Assembly (NCBI GenBank): GCA_036000185.1
Contig: DASYGD010000375.1
Coordinates: 1-48,494 of the forward strand
Direction of reading: 5' to 3'
DNA: 48,494 nt
From: Pirellulales bacterium
Lineage (GTDB): Bacteria; Planctomycetota; Planctomycetia; Pirellulales; JAICIG01
Shown: positions 8,693 through 17,313 of the stretch, piece by piece
How the letters are laid out: each line of letters begins with the position of its first letter
How positions within the stretch are numbered: position 1 is the first letter of the stretch
Translations under genes and position numbers: made by a program
The notes under the pieces: generated by a model
The model's input: only the letters and a program-made list of their open reading frames with translations
The model's database searches: none
What the model was told of the DNA's origin: nothing

Positions 8693-9172
8693 ATGGAAGG
8701 GCGCGTCATGGATCACGTCTGTAAGCTGCTGCTGGTGGACGACGACAAAGAGTTCTTGGAGATCGTCCTGCGGCGCTTTGCACGTTGCGGCGTCTTGGCC
8801 GCCGGAGCGACGAATCCCGAAGCGGCCCTGGATGCCGCCGACCGGCAGGAATTTCATGTGGCCGTCCTCGATCGATCGCTGCCGGGGCTGGACGGGATAG
8901 AACTCATGGTCCGCCTGCACGATCGCCGCCCCGAATTGCAGGTGATTTTGCTGAGCGGGCATGGCGACGAGCAGGCGATCGCCCTGGCCCGCGACTGCGG
9001 CGCGTTTGATTATTTGGTCAAACCCTGTTCGCTGTCCGACCTGGAAACCGCGGTGTCGGCCGCATACCGGTCGGCGAACCAATCTCCGCGGCAAAGCCCC
9101 GCGCTTTCCGGCGTAACGGACGTTCGCGGCCGCGCCGCGGTCGCCGCGCCGGCGCCCCCACCGGAATTCTGA
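8693..9172 (+). CDS. Stand-alone receiver (CheY-like) response regulator with a Pro/Ala-rich tail
   Basis: KLLLVDDDKEFLEIV...VLDRSLPGLDGIEL...DYLVKP. The start is either 8693 or 8708; the ORF-track start at 8597 is unlikely. Confidence 0.8.
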   Translation: MEGRVMDHVCKLLLVDDDKEFLEIVLRRFARCGVLAAGATNPEAALDAADRQEFHVAVLDRSLPGLDGIELMVRLHDRRPELQVILLSGHGDEQAIALARDCGAFDYLVKPCSLSDLETAVSAAYRSANQSPRQSPALSGVTDVRGRAAVAAPAPPPEF

Positions 9173-9308
9173 AACTCAGCCTAAGTGTGCGAAACGGCGC
9201 GCCGAGCGCGCATCGCACGGTTCTGCCCCGGAGCGGATCGGTCGCGGATTGCGGATCGGTCGACGTTTCTCGACGCCGCGGACGTTCTTTCGCATCCCCA
9301 CGCGGGCC

Positions 9309-9324
9309 TGGCGCACGACTTGCT
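9309..9324 (+). promoter_or_regulatory. sigma54 (-24/-12) promoter candidate TGGCGCA-CGAC-TTGCT
   Basis: GG-N10-GC is exact and TTGCT matches at -12. It ends 60 nt upstream of the ATG at 9384. A sequence related to the 1910 palindrome (CTGAAACTCAGCC, 9169-9181) lies 128-140 bp upstream. Confidence 0.5.
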
Positions 9325-9383
9325 TATCGAGCGGGAGGCGCCGTCGATCGCCGCAGTTCGAGTCACGAGACAGGAGATCAATC

Positions 9384-9908
9384 ATGGAAAACGCCTCTAC
9401 TTTGGACCGGCCGATTCGCGTCGGAGTGTTCTCGACGATTGGGGCCGCTGACTGCGCGGTAGACAAGCTGGTCCAGGCGGGGTTCACGAGCGAGCACATT
9501 TCGGTGATCTGTTCCGATCGCGCGATCGAAGAGCATTTTCGCCAATTCGAACATGAGCAGCCGGCAGGATCGCACACGCGCGCGGCGGCGACCATCGGCG
9601 GCGCCATCGGGGCCGCGTTGGGCGGTTTGACTGTGCTGGCCGGGGCCGTGACCACCGGCGGACTGGGTTTGCTGGCGGCGGGTGGGCTGGCCGCCTGGAC
9701 CGGCGGCGTCGTGGGCGGCCTGGTCGGCGCCATGCTGACGCGCGGCGTCGAACCGGAAATCGCCAACTACTACGACCAGGCGGTGACCGCCGGCAAGATT
9801 CTCGTGGCCGCGGAAGATCACAGCGAAGCGCAACGGCAACGACTCAGTTGGGCGGAGTGCATCCTGGCGGATTGCGGCGCCGAACCCGTGGCGCTCCGCG
9901 AAGGTTGA
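9384..9908 (+). CDS. General stress protein, YflT-like N-domain plus Gly-zipper membrane segment
   Basis: IRVGVFSTIGAADCAVDKLVQAGFTSEHISVI resembles the YflT heat-induced stress domain. A Gly/Ala-rich hydrophobic stretch follows, then YYDQAVTAGKILVAAE. RBS CAGGAGA precedes the ATG at 9384. Confidence 0.65.
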   Translation: MENASTLDRPIRVGVFSTIGAADCAVDKLVQAGFTSEHISVICSDRAIEEHFRQFEHEQPAGSHTRAAATIGGAIGAALGGLTVLAGAVTTGGLGLLAAGGLAAWTGGVVGGLVGAMLTRGVEPEIANYYDQAVTAGKILVAAEDHSEAQRQRLSWAECILADCGAEPVALREG

Positions 9909-9933
9909 AGCCACGCGCTCGCGTTTCCCATGT

Positions 9934-11127
9934 TCACGCGGGCAGACGCCCTTTCAAGTTGTTGGCATTAAACGGCCCTGGCTCGGCGATCAACCGCCGC
10001 GCCGCTTCTACCTGTTCCCACACGTTCCAAAGCAGCGCGCCGCGGACGCGGCCGTCTCGCAAGTAGTAAATCACCCCCTTGCGATACGGGTTCTGCCAAT
10101 CGGCCACGGTCTCCAACCGCGAGTCGGTCTCGCCGACTGCCTCGTATCCAAGATCGAACAGGTCGGAGTAAAAGAAGGGAAGATGATCGTAGACGACGGT
10201 CTGGCCCGCCATCGCCAAGCCTGCCAGCCGGCCCATCGTGTTGGCGTTGTCTTCGTGCTCCACGCGAAGACGTTGACCGAGGAGCGGGTTGTGAAAGTTA
10301 GCCACGTCGCCCGCGGCATAAATATCGGGATGGCTGGTACGCAGCGAGGCGTCGACCACGATGCCGTTTTTTACGTCCAGCCCCGCCGACAGTGCAAGCT
10401 CGACGTTCGGCCGAATGCCGATGCCCGCCACCACGCCATCCGCCGCCAGTTCCTGCTCGTTCTCATCGTGAACGTCGCGGACCTTCAGAATCGGCTGACC
10501 GGACCGCATCTCCAGGCCGGCGATCAACCTTTCCGGTACGATTTCGACGCCTTTTTTCCGGTAATAATCATTCAGGTAATCGACCAAGTCGCGCGGGAAG
10601 ATACGGCTGCCGATACCGGCCTCTGGGAAAACCATCGTCACTCGTTTGCCGTTCATGGCCAGCGCCGCGGCGATTTCGGAACCGATGAAGCCGCCGCCGA
10701 TGACCGCGAAATGCCGCCCTCGGGCGGTCTGGTCTCGGAGGCGTTGATAATCATCCAGCGTGCGCAAGTAAATAATGTGTTCGCCGCCGAACATGAAACG
10801 CCGCGGCGTGCCGCCCGTGGCCAAGAGCAGTTTGTCATAGCCATACACGGTCTCCTGGTCGTCGGTGACGCGCTTGTTCGCTGCATCCAGGCGCTGGGCG
10901 CTCCTCCCCAGGTGCAGGATCGCACCGTGGTTTTCGGTCTTGCGCCAGATTTTCTCCAGCGGCGTGTCTTTCCACAGCCCTTTTGTCAAGGGTGGGCGGT
11001 TGTAGGGCGGATGCGTTTCGGCGCCAATCAATCCGATGGGACCGCTGGTGTCGACCTCGCGGATACCCCGCACTGCGGCCGCAGCCGCCATCCCGCCGCC
11101 CACGATCAGATAATTGTAGTCAGGCAT
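9934..11127 (-). CDS. FAD-dependent pyridine nucleotide-disulfide oxidoreductase (AIF / ferredoxin-reductase-like)
   Basis: Two Rossmann GxGxxG motifs (LIVGGGMAAAAA; AVIGGGFIGSEIAAA) and AAGDVA. The likely start is MPDYNY at 11127, with GGAGAAAA upstream. Confidence 0.9.
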   Translation of the reverse strand: MPDYNYLIVGGGMAAAAAVRGIREVDTSGPIGLIGAETHPPYNRPPLTKGLWKDTPLEKIWRKTENHGAILHLGRSAQRLDAANKRVTDDQETVYGYDKLLLATGGTPRRFMFGGEHIIYLRTLDDYQRLRDQTARGRHFAVIGGGFIGSEIAAALAMNGKRVTMVFPEAGIGSRIFPRDLVDYLNDYYRKKGVEIVPERLIAGLEMRSGQPILKVRDVHDENEQELAADGVVAGIGIRPNVELALSAGLDVKNGIVVDASLRTSHPDIYAAGDVANFHNPLLGQRLRVEHEDNANTMGRLAGLAMAGQTVVYDHLPFFYSDLFDLGYEAVGETDSRLETVADWQNPYRKGVIYYLRDGRVRGALLWNVWEQVEAARRLIAEPGPFNANNLKGRLPA

Positions 11128-11232
11128 GGTTTTCTCCGGAGTCAGAAGTTTCAACCAGCTCCTCGCAAGCCGAGCGGCGCGAGCGAGTATCCCATGAATT
11201 CACTTGAAGGGCGGGACGCTTGTTCGGAGCGA

Positions 11233-11586
11233 CTACTTCGGTTCCAGCGGCCCGTCTACGGATTGCCACGCATCGAGGCCTCCCTGAAGAGCGTACGCCT
11301 GTTGACAACCTTCTTGGCGGATGATCTGCGCCGCACGGGCGCTATTTTGCTCGCGCGGTCACGTTCAGTAAAACGCCGTGATCCGGCCATCCAGCCACGA
11401 CGGGTCGATGCGCCACTCGGCCGGCCGCACACGCACGGCCCCTGCGATCTTGACGGAACTCGATTCCCACGCCTTGTCGTTCCGCACGTCCACGATCGTA
11501 ATCGGCGCGCCGGATGCCAAATGCTCCTTGAGCTCATCGGCGCTGATCAGGCAATCCTCGTCCGGAAGCTTTTGCATCGCATTCAT
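11233..11586 (-). CDS. Single-domain rhodanese-like sulfurtransferase containing two in-frame TGA codons (candidate selenocysteines) in the active-site loop
   Basis: MNAMQKLPDEDCLISADELKEHL...GRITAFY-TGA-T-TGA-PREQNSARAAQIIRQEGCQQAYALQGGLDAWQSVDGPLEPK-TAG. One frame runs throughout. RBS GAGGAGGG precedes the ATG at 11586. The ORF track truncates it at 11365. Confidence 0.6.
11328..11342 (-). other. SECIS-like hairpin candidate GCGCC-CGUGC-GGCGC downstream of the two UGA codons
   Basis: A 5-bp GC stem with a pentaloop that has G at position 2. It starts 22 nt and 16 nt after the first and second UGA. This is a loose match to bacterial SECIS geometry only. Confidence 0.3.
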
Positions 11587-11774
11587 GATTTCCCTCCTCT
11601 TTTGATAGGCCAAACATGCGCCGCAGAACTCTCGACCGCAGCGCTGGCGAACCCTGCACCTGTGCAACTACCGCGCCTTTAGTCAGATCGCGAAACCCGA
11701 AAGCCACAAGGCTAGCAACGGACCATCCCATTGTTGCGGTGGGTGGGCGATGCCTTCGTCGGCGCAAGCCGACG

Positions 11775-11790
11775 TGGCATGAATTCTGCG
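11775..11790 (+). promoter_or_regulatory. Weaker sigma54 (-24/-12) promoter candidate TGGCATG-AATT-CTGCG
   Basis: GG-N10-GC is exact, but -12 reads CTGC rather than TTGC. It ends 170 nt upstream of the GTG at 11961. Confidence 0.3.
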
Positions 11791-11960
11791 GGGGCGACAT
11801 GCTTACCCGCTTGCTGCGCAGGCGTGAAAGCATGCCACCCTGCCGCCCGTTATCGGATAGCCTTACAGAGCCTGAAGCCGTTTGAAGCTCGACGAATCCC
11901 ATCGTTGGGAATAGAAACGCGGCAGGCATCATATTTTGTCCATCAGCAAGGAGAGAGAAC

Positions 11961-12500
11961 GTGACGAATCCACAATCGCTGCTGGTTGCCGCGACATTCA
12001 TGGTCATCGCTCTGAATGCCGTGCAAGCCGAAGATCAAGATGGCAAGTCCAGGCAGGTCGGCAAGTATTATCTGGCGTTGGGACGGACCCACAACATGCA
12101 AGCGCACGACCATGCCCGTCTGCTACAGAAATACGCCGCTCTAAGCGACCAGGTGCCTGCCGACGTCATCCACGACCATGTGGCCGCGATTCGCTTTAAC
12201 GCCGAAGCGGCCAAGAAATCTTTCGCCCGCCAGGGCAAGTCGGCCGGCGACAATGTCGCCCTCGCCCATCATGTCGAGCAATTGCAAAAGCGTCTCGACA
12301 AAGTAATCGCTTCGGTCAACCAACTCGAAGACCAATTGGCTGGAAAGAGCGCCAGCGCTAAGACGGTGGCGGCGCGGACCAACGATATATCGCAGCAATT
12401 GCGGGCGAACCACAATGACCTCCGCACTATCGACAACGACTTCTACGATTCCGGCTCCGACTCGTACTACGAGACCGGCGAGGGGCACTTCATCGATTGA
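11961..12500 (+). CDS. Secreted hypothetical protein (signal peptide, helical, His-rich)
   Basis: GTG start preceded by AGGAGAGAG. N-terminal hydrophobic signal LLVAATFMVIALNAVQA. No family recognised. Confidence 0.6.
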   Translation: MTNPQSLLVAATFMVIALNAVQAEDQDGKSRQVGKYYLALGRTHNMQAHDHARLLQKYAALSDQVPADVIHDHVAAIRFNAEAAKKSFARQGKSAGDNVALAHHVEQLQKRLDKVIASVNQLEDQLAGKSASAKTVAARTNDISQQLRANHNDLRTIDNDFYDSGSDSYYETGEGHFID

Positions 12501-12501
12501 A

Positions 12502-12815
12502 TTAGTGCCGCTGACGATGCTCGCGGTCAGCGGCGCGAGATCGGCCTGGTCGCCGGGGCCGACCTCGCAGCCTTTCGTCGGCGTGGCGCGTCACGCGCTG
12601 ACGGTCGGCTTCATGACGATCTTGGTCCTGGGCGTCGGCCAACGTTTGCTGCCATTCCTGGTCCAGACGCGGCTGGCATGGCCGCGCGTCTAGCACGGCC
12701 GATTTTCGTTTTGATCGCGGTGGGAAACGTGCTGCGAATCGGCAGCGAACTGGTGACTGCGACAGATCCGCTCAGTGCGCGCCAATCCGCCCACCTGCTC
12801 GCACAATCCGCTTAG
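12502..12815 (+). pseudogene. Possible remnant of a polytopic membrane protein (C-terminal TM helices only), interrupted by a stop and a frame change
   Basis: …ARHALTVGFMTILVLGVGQRLLPFLV… ends at TAG 12691. Hydrophobic sequence ARPIFVLIAVGNVLRIGSELV continues in another frame to TAG 12813. There is no N-terminal part or start context. Confidence 0.25.
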
Positions 12816-12922
12816 CATGGATGGGATCGGACCGGTTCTTCGCGGCGTGCGAAAACGGTCATTTTCTCGACCACTACAATAAAACGATGCGACTTATCGC
12901 AAAGCGCGGCCCAGGTAATCCA

Positions 12923-12938
12923 AGGCACATCATTTGCG
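12923..12938 (+). promoter_or_regulatory. sigma54 (-24/-12) promoter candidate AGGCACA-TCAT-TTGCG
   Basis: GGCAC and TTGC are present with exact GG-N10-GC spacing. It ends 100 nt upstream of the ATG at 13039. Confidence 0.5.
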
Positions 12939-13038
12939 ATGGATGAATTTAGAGCGTGGAAACGCAGCACTTCGTCCCCAAGGGAGTGACTTCAGTCGCG
13001 ACAGTGCCAATATGGTTTTGGGCAAAAGGAGGGAAATC

Positions 13039-13362
13039 ATGGAGTCGTCAGAAAAGCGTAACGCCAAGAGCACCCACGAGCGGCAAGGCAGCCTACGCTG
13101 TCCAGCGGGGCCGACGCGGCGAGTCATCGCGCGCCGGGCCTACCACATTTGGGAGAGTCACGGTTGTCCAGGCGGCACGGATGCGAAGGATTGGCTGCAA
13201 GCCGAGGCCGAGTTGCAAGCGGCGAGCACGTTCCGTTCCGGACAGCGTGAGGAGCGCCGACGCCACAAGCAGACGGAATCCGATGCACGCATCGATGCAG
13301 CGTCGGAGCAGTCGTTTCCGGCGAGTGATCCGCCGGCATCGACTCACTGCACATTCACTTAG
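13039..13362 (+). CDS. DUF2934-domain protein with C-terminal SFPASDPP motif
   Basis: IARRAYHIWESHGCPGGTDAKDWLQAEAEL (DUF2934 pattern) and EQSFPASDPPA. RBS AAAGGAGGG precedes the ATG at 13039. Confidence 0.7.
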   Translation: MESSEKRNAKSTHERQGSLRCPAGPTRRVIARRAYHIWESHGCPGGTDAKDWLQAEAELQAASTFRSGQREERRRHKQTESDARIDAASEQSFPASDPPASTHCTFT

Positions 13363-13406
13363 GAGGCAAGGGCGAGATTCTTCAGAACGCGCATGAGGAA
13401 CATGAC

Positions 13407-14159
13407 ATGAGACATCCCGATATTCACAGTACGATGCGCGAGTGGCTTGCCTTTCGTCCGGGCTTGTCGCGCCTTTTCGCCAAATATGATGTCGATCTTT
13501 GCCGTGATGCAAACGTGTCGCTGAACGAGTTATGCTGTCGGAAAAATCTCGATCCGCTGATGTTGATGGCTGACCTCGAACGCGCAAAGCGGGGAACGCA
13601 CGGCGAACTGGGCGCCGATTGGTCCGCCGCCCCCTTGGGCGAGTTGTGTCAGCACGCGGAAAGAGCCCATCATGCGTATTACCTGCGTGAATTGCCGCGG
13701 CTCGCTGAGTTGTTGGCCAAGGTCAGCGCGGCCTACGGCCCGAGCCATCCCGAGACGCGTGAACTCGACAAAGCGTTCCAATGTTTCCGGGCGCGGCTTG
13801 AGTTCCACCTCGAACGCGCGAAGCAAGAGTTATTTCCGGCCATTCGACAATTGGAGGAGCTGCGGCCGCCGGCTGAGCCGCCCTGCGTGGCCGCTCTCAT
13901 CAACTCGCTGGAGCGAGATCATGACGCGATCGACGCTGATTTGCGGCGGATTCGAGAACTGACGCACGGATTCGTCGCGCCCCCCGACGTCTGCCAGACG
14001 TTTCAATCGCTGCTCGACGGACTCTGGGAGTTGGAAATGAACCTGCACCAGAACGTCTATGAGGAAAACCGCTTTCTCTTTCCCAGGGCTGTTCGGCGCG
14101 AGGCGGCGCTCAGCGCCGTTGTGGAATCCTTGGCGCCCAATCCCGATCGCCCGCCTTGA
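13407..14159 (+). CDS. ric: Iron-sulfur cluster repair di-iron protein (RIC / YtfE / ScdA family)
   Basis: N-terminal ScdA_N-like segment (MREWLAFRPGLSRLFAKYDVDLC) followed by hemerythrin-like repeats with conserved His/Glu (HHAYYLRELP..., ERDHDAIDADL..., NLHQNVYEENRFLFP). Confidence 0.85.
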   Translation: MRHPDIHSTMREWLAFRPGLSRLFAKYDVDLCRDANVSLNELCCRKNLDPLMLMADLERAKRGTHGELGADWSAAPLGELCQHAERAHHAYYLRELPRLAELLAKVSAAYGPSHPETRELDKAFQCFRARLEFHLERAKQELFPAIRQLEELRPPAEPPCVAALINSLERDHDAIDADLRRIRELTHGFVAPPDVCQTFQSLLDGLWELEMNLHQNVYEENRFLFPRAVRREAALSAVVESLAPNPDRPP

Positions 14160-14228
14160 AGCGGACGAGGAAGTTGTGGAACCTCAGCGAGAGCGCCTGC
14201 TCCGCCTTGGAGAAGGAGCGTCACGGCA

Positions 14229-14588
14229 ATGATCCAACTGAAGCGAGTTTACGATAAGCCCGCTCGAAAAGACGGCTTGCGGATCTTGGTCGATCGGCTG
14301 TGGCCGCGTGGTTTAACCAAGCAGCGCGCAGCAGTGGAACTGTGGTTGAAGGAAGTGGCGCCGAGCACGGAACTGCGCAAGTGGTTCGCCCACGACCCGG
14401 CGAAATGGAAGCAGTTCCAGGTCCGTTACCGGATGGAACTACGAGAGAAGAAAGACGTCCTCGAAATGTTGAAGGAGAAGGCCAAAGATCGCACCGTCAC
14501 GCTGGTGTACGGCGCGAGGGACGAGCAGCACAATGAGGCCCTGGTCCTGAAGAGCATCCTCGAAGGCCGCAGAATGAGAAATGAATGA
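14229..14588 (+). CDS. DUF488 family protein
   Basis: IQLKRVYDKPARKDGLRILVDRLWPRGLTK...WLKEVAPSTELRKWF...TLVYGARDEQHNEALVL is the typical DUF488 signature. Confidence 0.85.
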   Translation: MIQLKRVYDKPARKDGLRILVDRLWPRGLTKQRAAVELWLKEVAPSTELRKWFAHDPAKWKQFQVRYRMELREKKDVLEMLKEKAKDRTVTLVYGARDEQHNEALVLKSILEGRRMRNE

Positions 14589-17134
14589 AGAGCGAACAAG
14601 CACATGCGGGTCATCCGATATACGGCCTTCTGCCGACAGACGGCGAGGGGTTCGATTCGTTGGCCGAGCTTGCCTTCGACATGCGCTGGTCGTGGAATCA
14701 TTACGCCGACGACGTGTGGCGATTGCTTGATCCGGCTCTTTGGGAGCTTACTCACAATCCCTGGGTTGTTCTCCAGACGGTTTCGCGCGACAAGCTCCGG
14801 CATGTGTCGGCCGACCCTGCATTCCGCAAAAAAGTGGACGCTCTTGTGCAAACGCGACGTCAGGCGGCGGAGGCGCCCGCGTGGTTTCAGCAGACCTACC
14901 CGCAATCGTCCCTAAGCTGTGTTGTGTATTTCAGCATGGAATTCATGTTGAGCGAAGCGCTGCCCATCTATTCGGGCGGCCTTGGCAACGTGGCTGGCGA
15001 TCAACTCAAATCCGCCAGTGATCTGGGGGTGCCGGTGGTGGGCGTGGGGTTGCTCTATCAGCAAGGCTATTTTCGCCAGGTGATTGACAAGGAGGGAGCG
15101 CAGCAGGCCCTTTTCCCGTACAACGATCCTGGACAGTTGCCAATCTCGCCGCTGCGCCAACCGAACGGGGAATGGTTGAAGCTGCAGCTCGACTTACACG
15201 GTTATCCGGTCTGGCTGCGCGCCTGGCAAGTCCAAGTTGGCAGAGTCAAGCTTTACCTCTTGGACAGCAACGACCTGGCGAACTTCCCCGCTCACCGAGG
15301 CATTACCAGCGAGCTTTACGGGGGCGGGCCCGAGTTGCGGCTACAGCAGGAATTAGTGTTGGGAATCGGCGGATGGCGGTTGCTTCATGCCCTCGGCATC
15401 CGGCCGGAAGTCTGCCACTTGAACGAAGGGCACGCGGCCTTCGCCATTCTGGAACGTGCCCGCGCATTCATGAACGAGACCGGGCGACCATTCGAGGTCG
15501 CACTGGCCGCCACGCGAGCGGGGAACCTTTTCACCACACACACGGCGGTGGCCGCCGGCTTTGACCGTTTCGATCCGGCTCTCATCGAGCATTACCTTAG
15601 TGGTTATGCCCAACAAAAGCTCGGCACGACACTCCACGATTTGCTCGCCCTGGGCCGCAAGAACCCCAACGACTCGTCGGAGAGTTTCAACATGGCCTAT
15701 CTGGCCATCCGCGGCAGCGGGGCAGTCAACGGCGTGAGTCGCTTGCACGGAAAGGTGAGTCGGCGCCTGTTTGAGCCCCTCTTTCCGCACTGGCCGGAAG
15801 ACGAAGTGCCGGTCGGACACGTGACCAACGGCGTCCACATGCCGAGCTGGGACTCAGTCCCGGCCGACGATCTTTGGACGCAAGCTTGCGGCAAGGACCG
15901 CTGGCTGGGGACGACGAAGACCCTCGAGCACGAAATACGCCGAGTTTCCGACGCGGACCTTTGGCAACTGCGCACCGCCGCCCGCAAGACTCTTGTTGAA
16001 TACGCCCGCGAACGATTATCCAAGGAACTGGCTGCTTCCGGCGCGTCGCCCGAGGAGGTTGAAGGAGCGAAGCATCTGTTCGACCCCAACGCGTTGACAC
16101 TGGGCTTTGCGCGGCGCTTCGCGACCTACAAGAGACCGAATCTACTGCTGCACGACCCAGCGCGTTTGTTCTGTCTGCTGGCGAATCCCGCGCGCCCGGT
16201 GCAACTGATCATCGCTGGGAAGGCGCATCCGCAGGACCAAGCAGGGCGAGGATTGATCCAGGAATGGATTCAGTTCATCCGCCAGCCGGAGAACCGATCC
16301 CACATTATCTTCCTGAGCGACTACGACATGCTGTTGACGGAGAAGTTGGTGCAGGGGGTCGATGTTTGGATCAACACGCCACGGCGACCCTGGGAGGCGA
16401 GCGGAACGAGCGGCATGAAGGTGCTTGTCAACGGTGGTCTTAATCTTTCGGAGTTGGATGGCTGGTGGGCGGAAGCCTATACGCCTGAAGTCGGGTGGGC
16501 GCTTGGTGATGGCCAGGAGCATGGCGACGACCCCGCCTGGGACGCTGCCGAAGCCGCGGCGCTCTATGACCTGCTCGAGCGAGAGGTGGTTCCGGAGTTT
16601 CATGCCCGAGATCAGAGTGGCATTCCCAGGGCCTGGGTCAAGCGGATGCGGGAGAGCATGGGGAGGTTGACGCCGCGCTTTTCGGCCAACCGCACTGTCC
16701 GCGAATACACCGAGCAACACTACCTTCCGGCTGCGGCGGCCTATCGTGAGCGCGCCGTTGAAAACGGCGCCATGGGCAGGAGGCTGGTCGATTGGCGACA
16801 CAGTCTGGCGGAGAAATGGTCCAAGTTGTGCTTTGGGGGAGTGAAAGTGGAAACCAAGGACGAGCAACATGTATTTGAGATCCAGGTCTGTCTTGATGAT
16901 CTCAGCCCCGATGCTGTGCGGGTCGAGCTTTACGCCGACGGGGGCATTGGCAATGCTCCCGTGCTGCAGGAGATGCAGCGTGCTGGCCCACCGGCCGGCG
17001 CGTCGTGCGGCTACGTATACAGCGCCGCTGTGTCCGCGACCCGCCCCGCAACGGAATATACGGCGCGATTGGTACCGCACTGCGAGGGCGCCGCGGTGCC
17101 CCTGGAAGAATCGCACATCCTGTGGCAACGGTGA
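14585..17134 (+). CDS. glgP: Alpha-glucan (glycogen) phosphorylase, GT35 family
   Basis: 849 aa with YFSMEFMLSEALPIYSGGLGNVAGDQLKSASDLGVPVVGVGLLYQQGYF and the EASGTSGMK pyridoxal-phosphate region. ATGA start/stop overlap with the DUF488 gene. Confidence 0.9.
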   Translation: MKSEQAHAGHPIYGLLPTDGEGFDSLAELAFDMRWSWNHYADDVWRLLDPALWELTHNPWVVLQTVSRDKLRHVSADPAFRKKVDALVQTRRQAAEAPAWFQQTYPQSSLSCVVYFSMEFMLSEALPIYSGGLGNVAGDQLKSASDLGVPVVGVGLLYQQGYFRQVIDKEGAQQALFPYNDPGQLPISPLRQPNGEWLKLQLDLHGYPVWLRAWQVQVGRVKLYLLDSNDLANFPAHRGITSELYGGGPELRLQQELVLGIGGWRLLHALGIRPEVCHLNEGHAAFAILERARAFMNETGRPFEVALAATRAGNLFTTHTAVAAGFDRFDPALIEHYLSGYAQQKLGTTLHDLLALGRKNPNDSSESFNMAYLAIRGSGAVNGVSRLHGKVSRRLFEPLFPHWPEDEVPVGHVTNGVHMPSWDSVPADDLWTQACGKDRWLGTTKTLEHEIRRVSDADLWQLRTAARKTLVEYARERLSKELAASGASPEEVEGAKHLFDPNALTLGFARRFATYKRPNLLLHDPARLFCLLANPARPVQLIIAGKAHPQDQAGRGLIQEWIQFIRQPENRSHIIFLSDYDMLLTEKLVQGVDVWINTPRRPWEASGTSGMKVLVNGGLNLSELDGWWAEAYTPEVGWALGDGQEHGDDPAWDAAEAAALYDLLEREVVPEFHARDQSGIPRAWVKRMRESMGRLTPRFSANRTVREYTEQHYLPAAAAYRERAVENGAMGRRLVDWRHSLAEKWSKLCFGGVKVETKDEQHVFEIQVCLDDLSPDAVRVELYADGGIGNAPVLQEMQRAGPPAGASCGYVYSAAVSATRPATEYTARLVPHCEGAAVPLEESHILWQR

Positions 17135-17313
17135 CCCGATGTGCTCGGCCTTAGTTGGAACCTGCTGGAAATCCGCAACTGGAAGTGGAAGTAGAGTAAT
17201 TCCAAATGACAACAGATATCCAAGAAGTCGTGAGATCTGGAAAGAAGGACGGAATACGCAGTAAGGAAGCCAATGGCGGCCCGCCCACGGCTCCGGGGAT
17301 CGCATCCGCGTCA

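Noticed and set aside
10183-11682. 499-aa plus-strand ORF spanning the oxidoreductase and rhodanese loci
   Set aside because: It is antisense to two genes with clear family signatures. Its Arg/Ala/Pro-rich, low-complexity composition is typical of shadow ORFs in GC-rich DNA, and it has no motifs.
11714-11730. Minus-strand GGGATGGTCCGTTGCT upstream of the rhodanese gene as a sigma54 promoter
   Set aside because: Only GG and TTGCT match. The -24 flank is poor.
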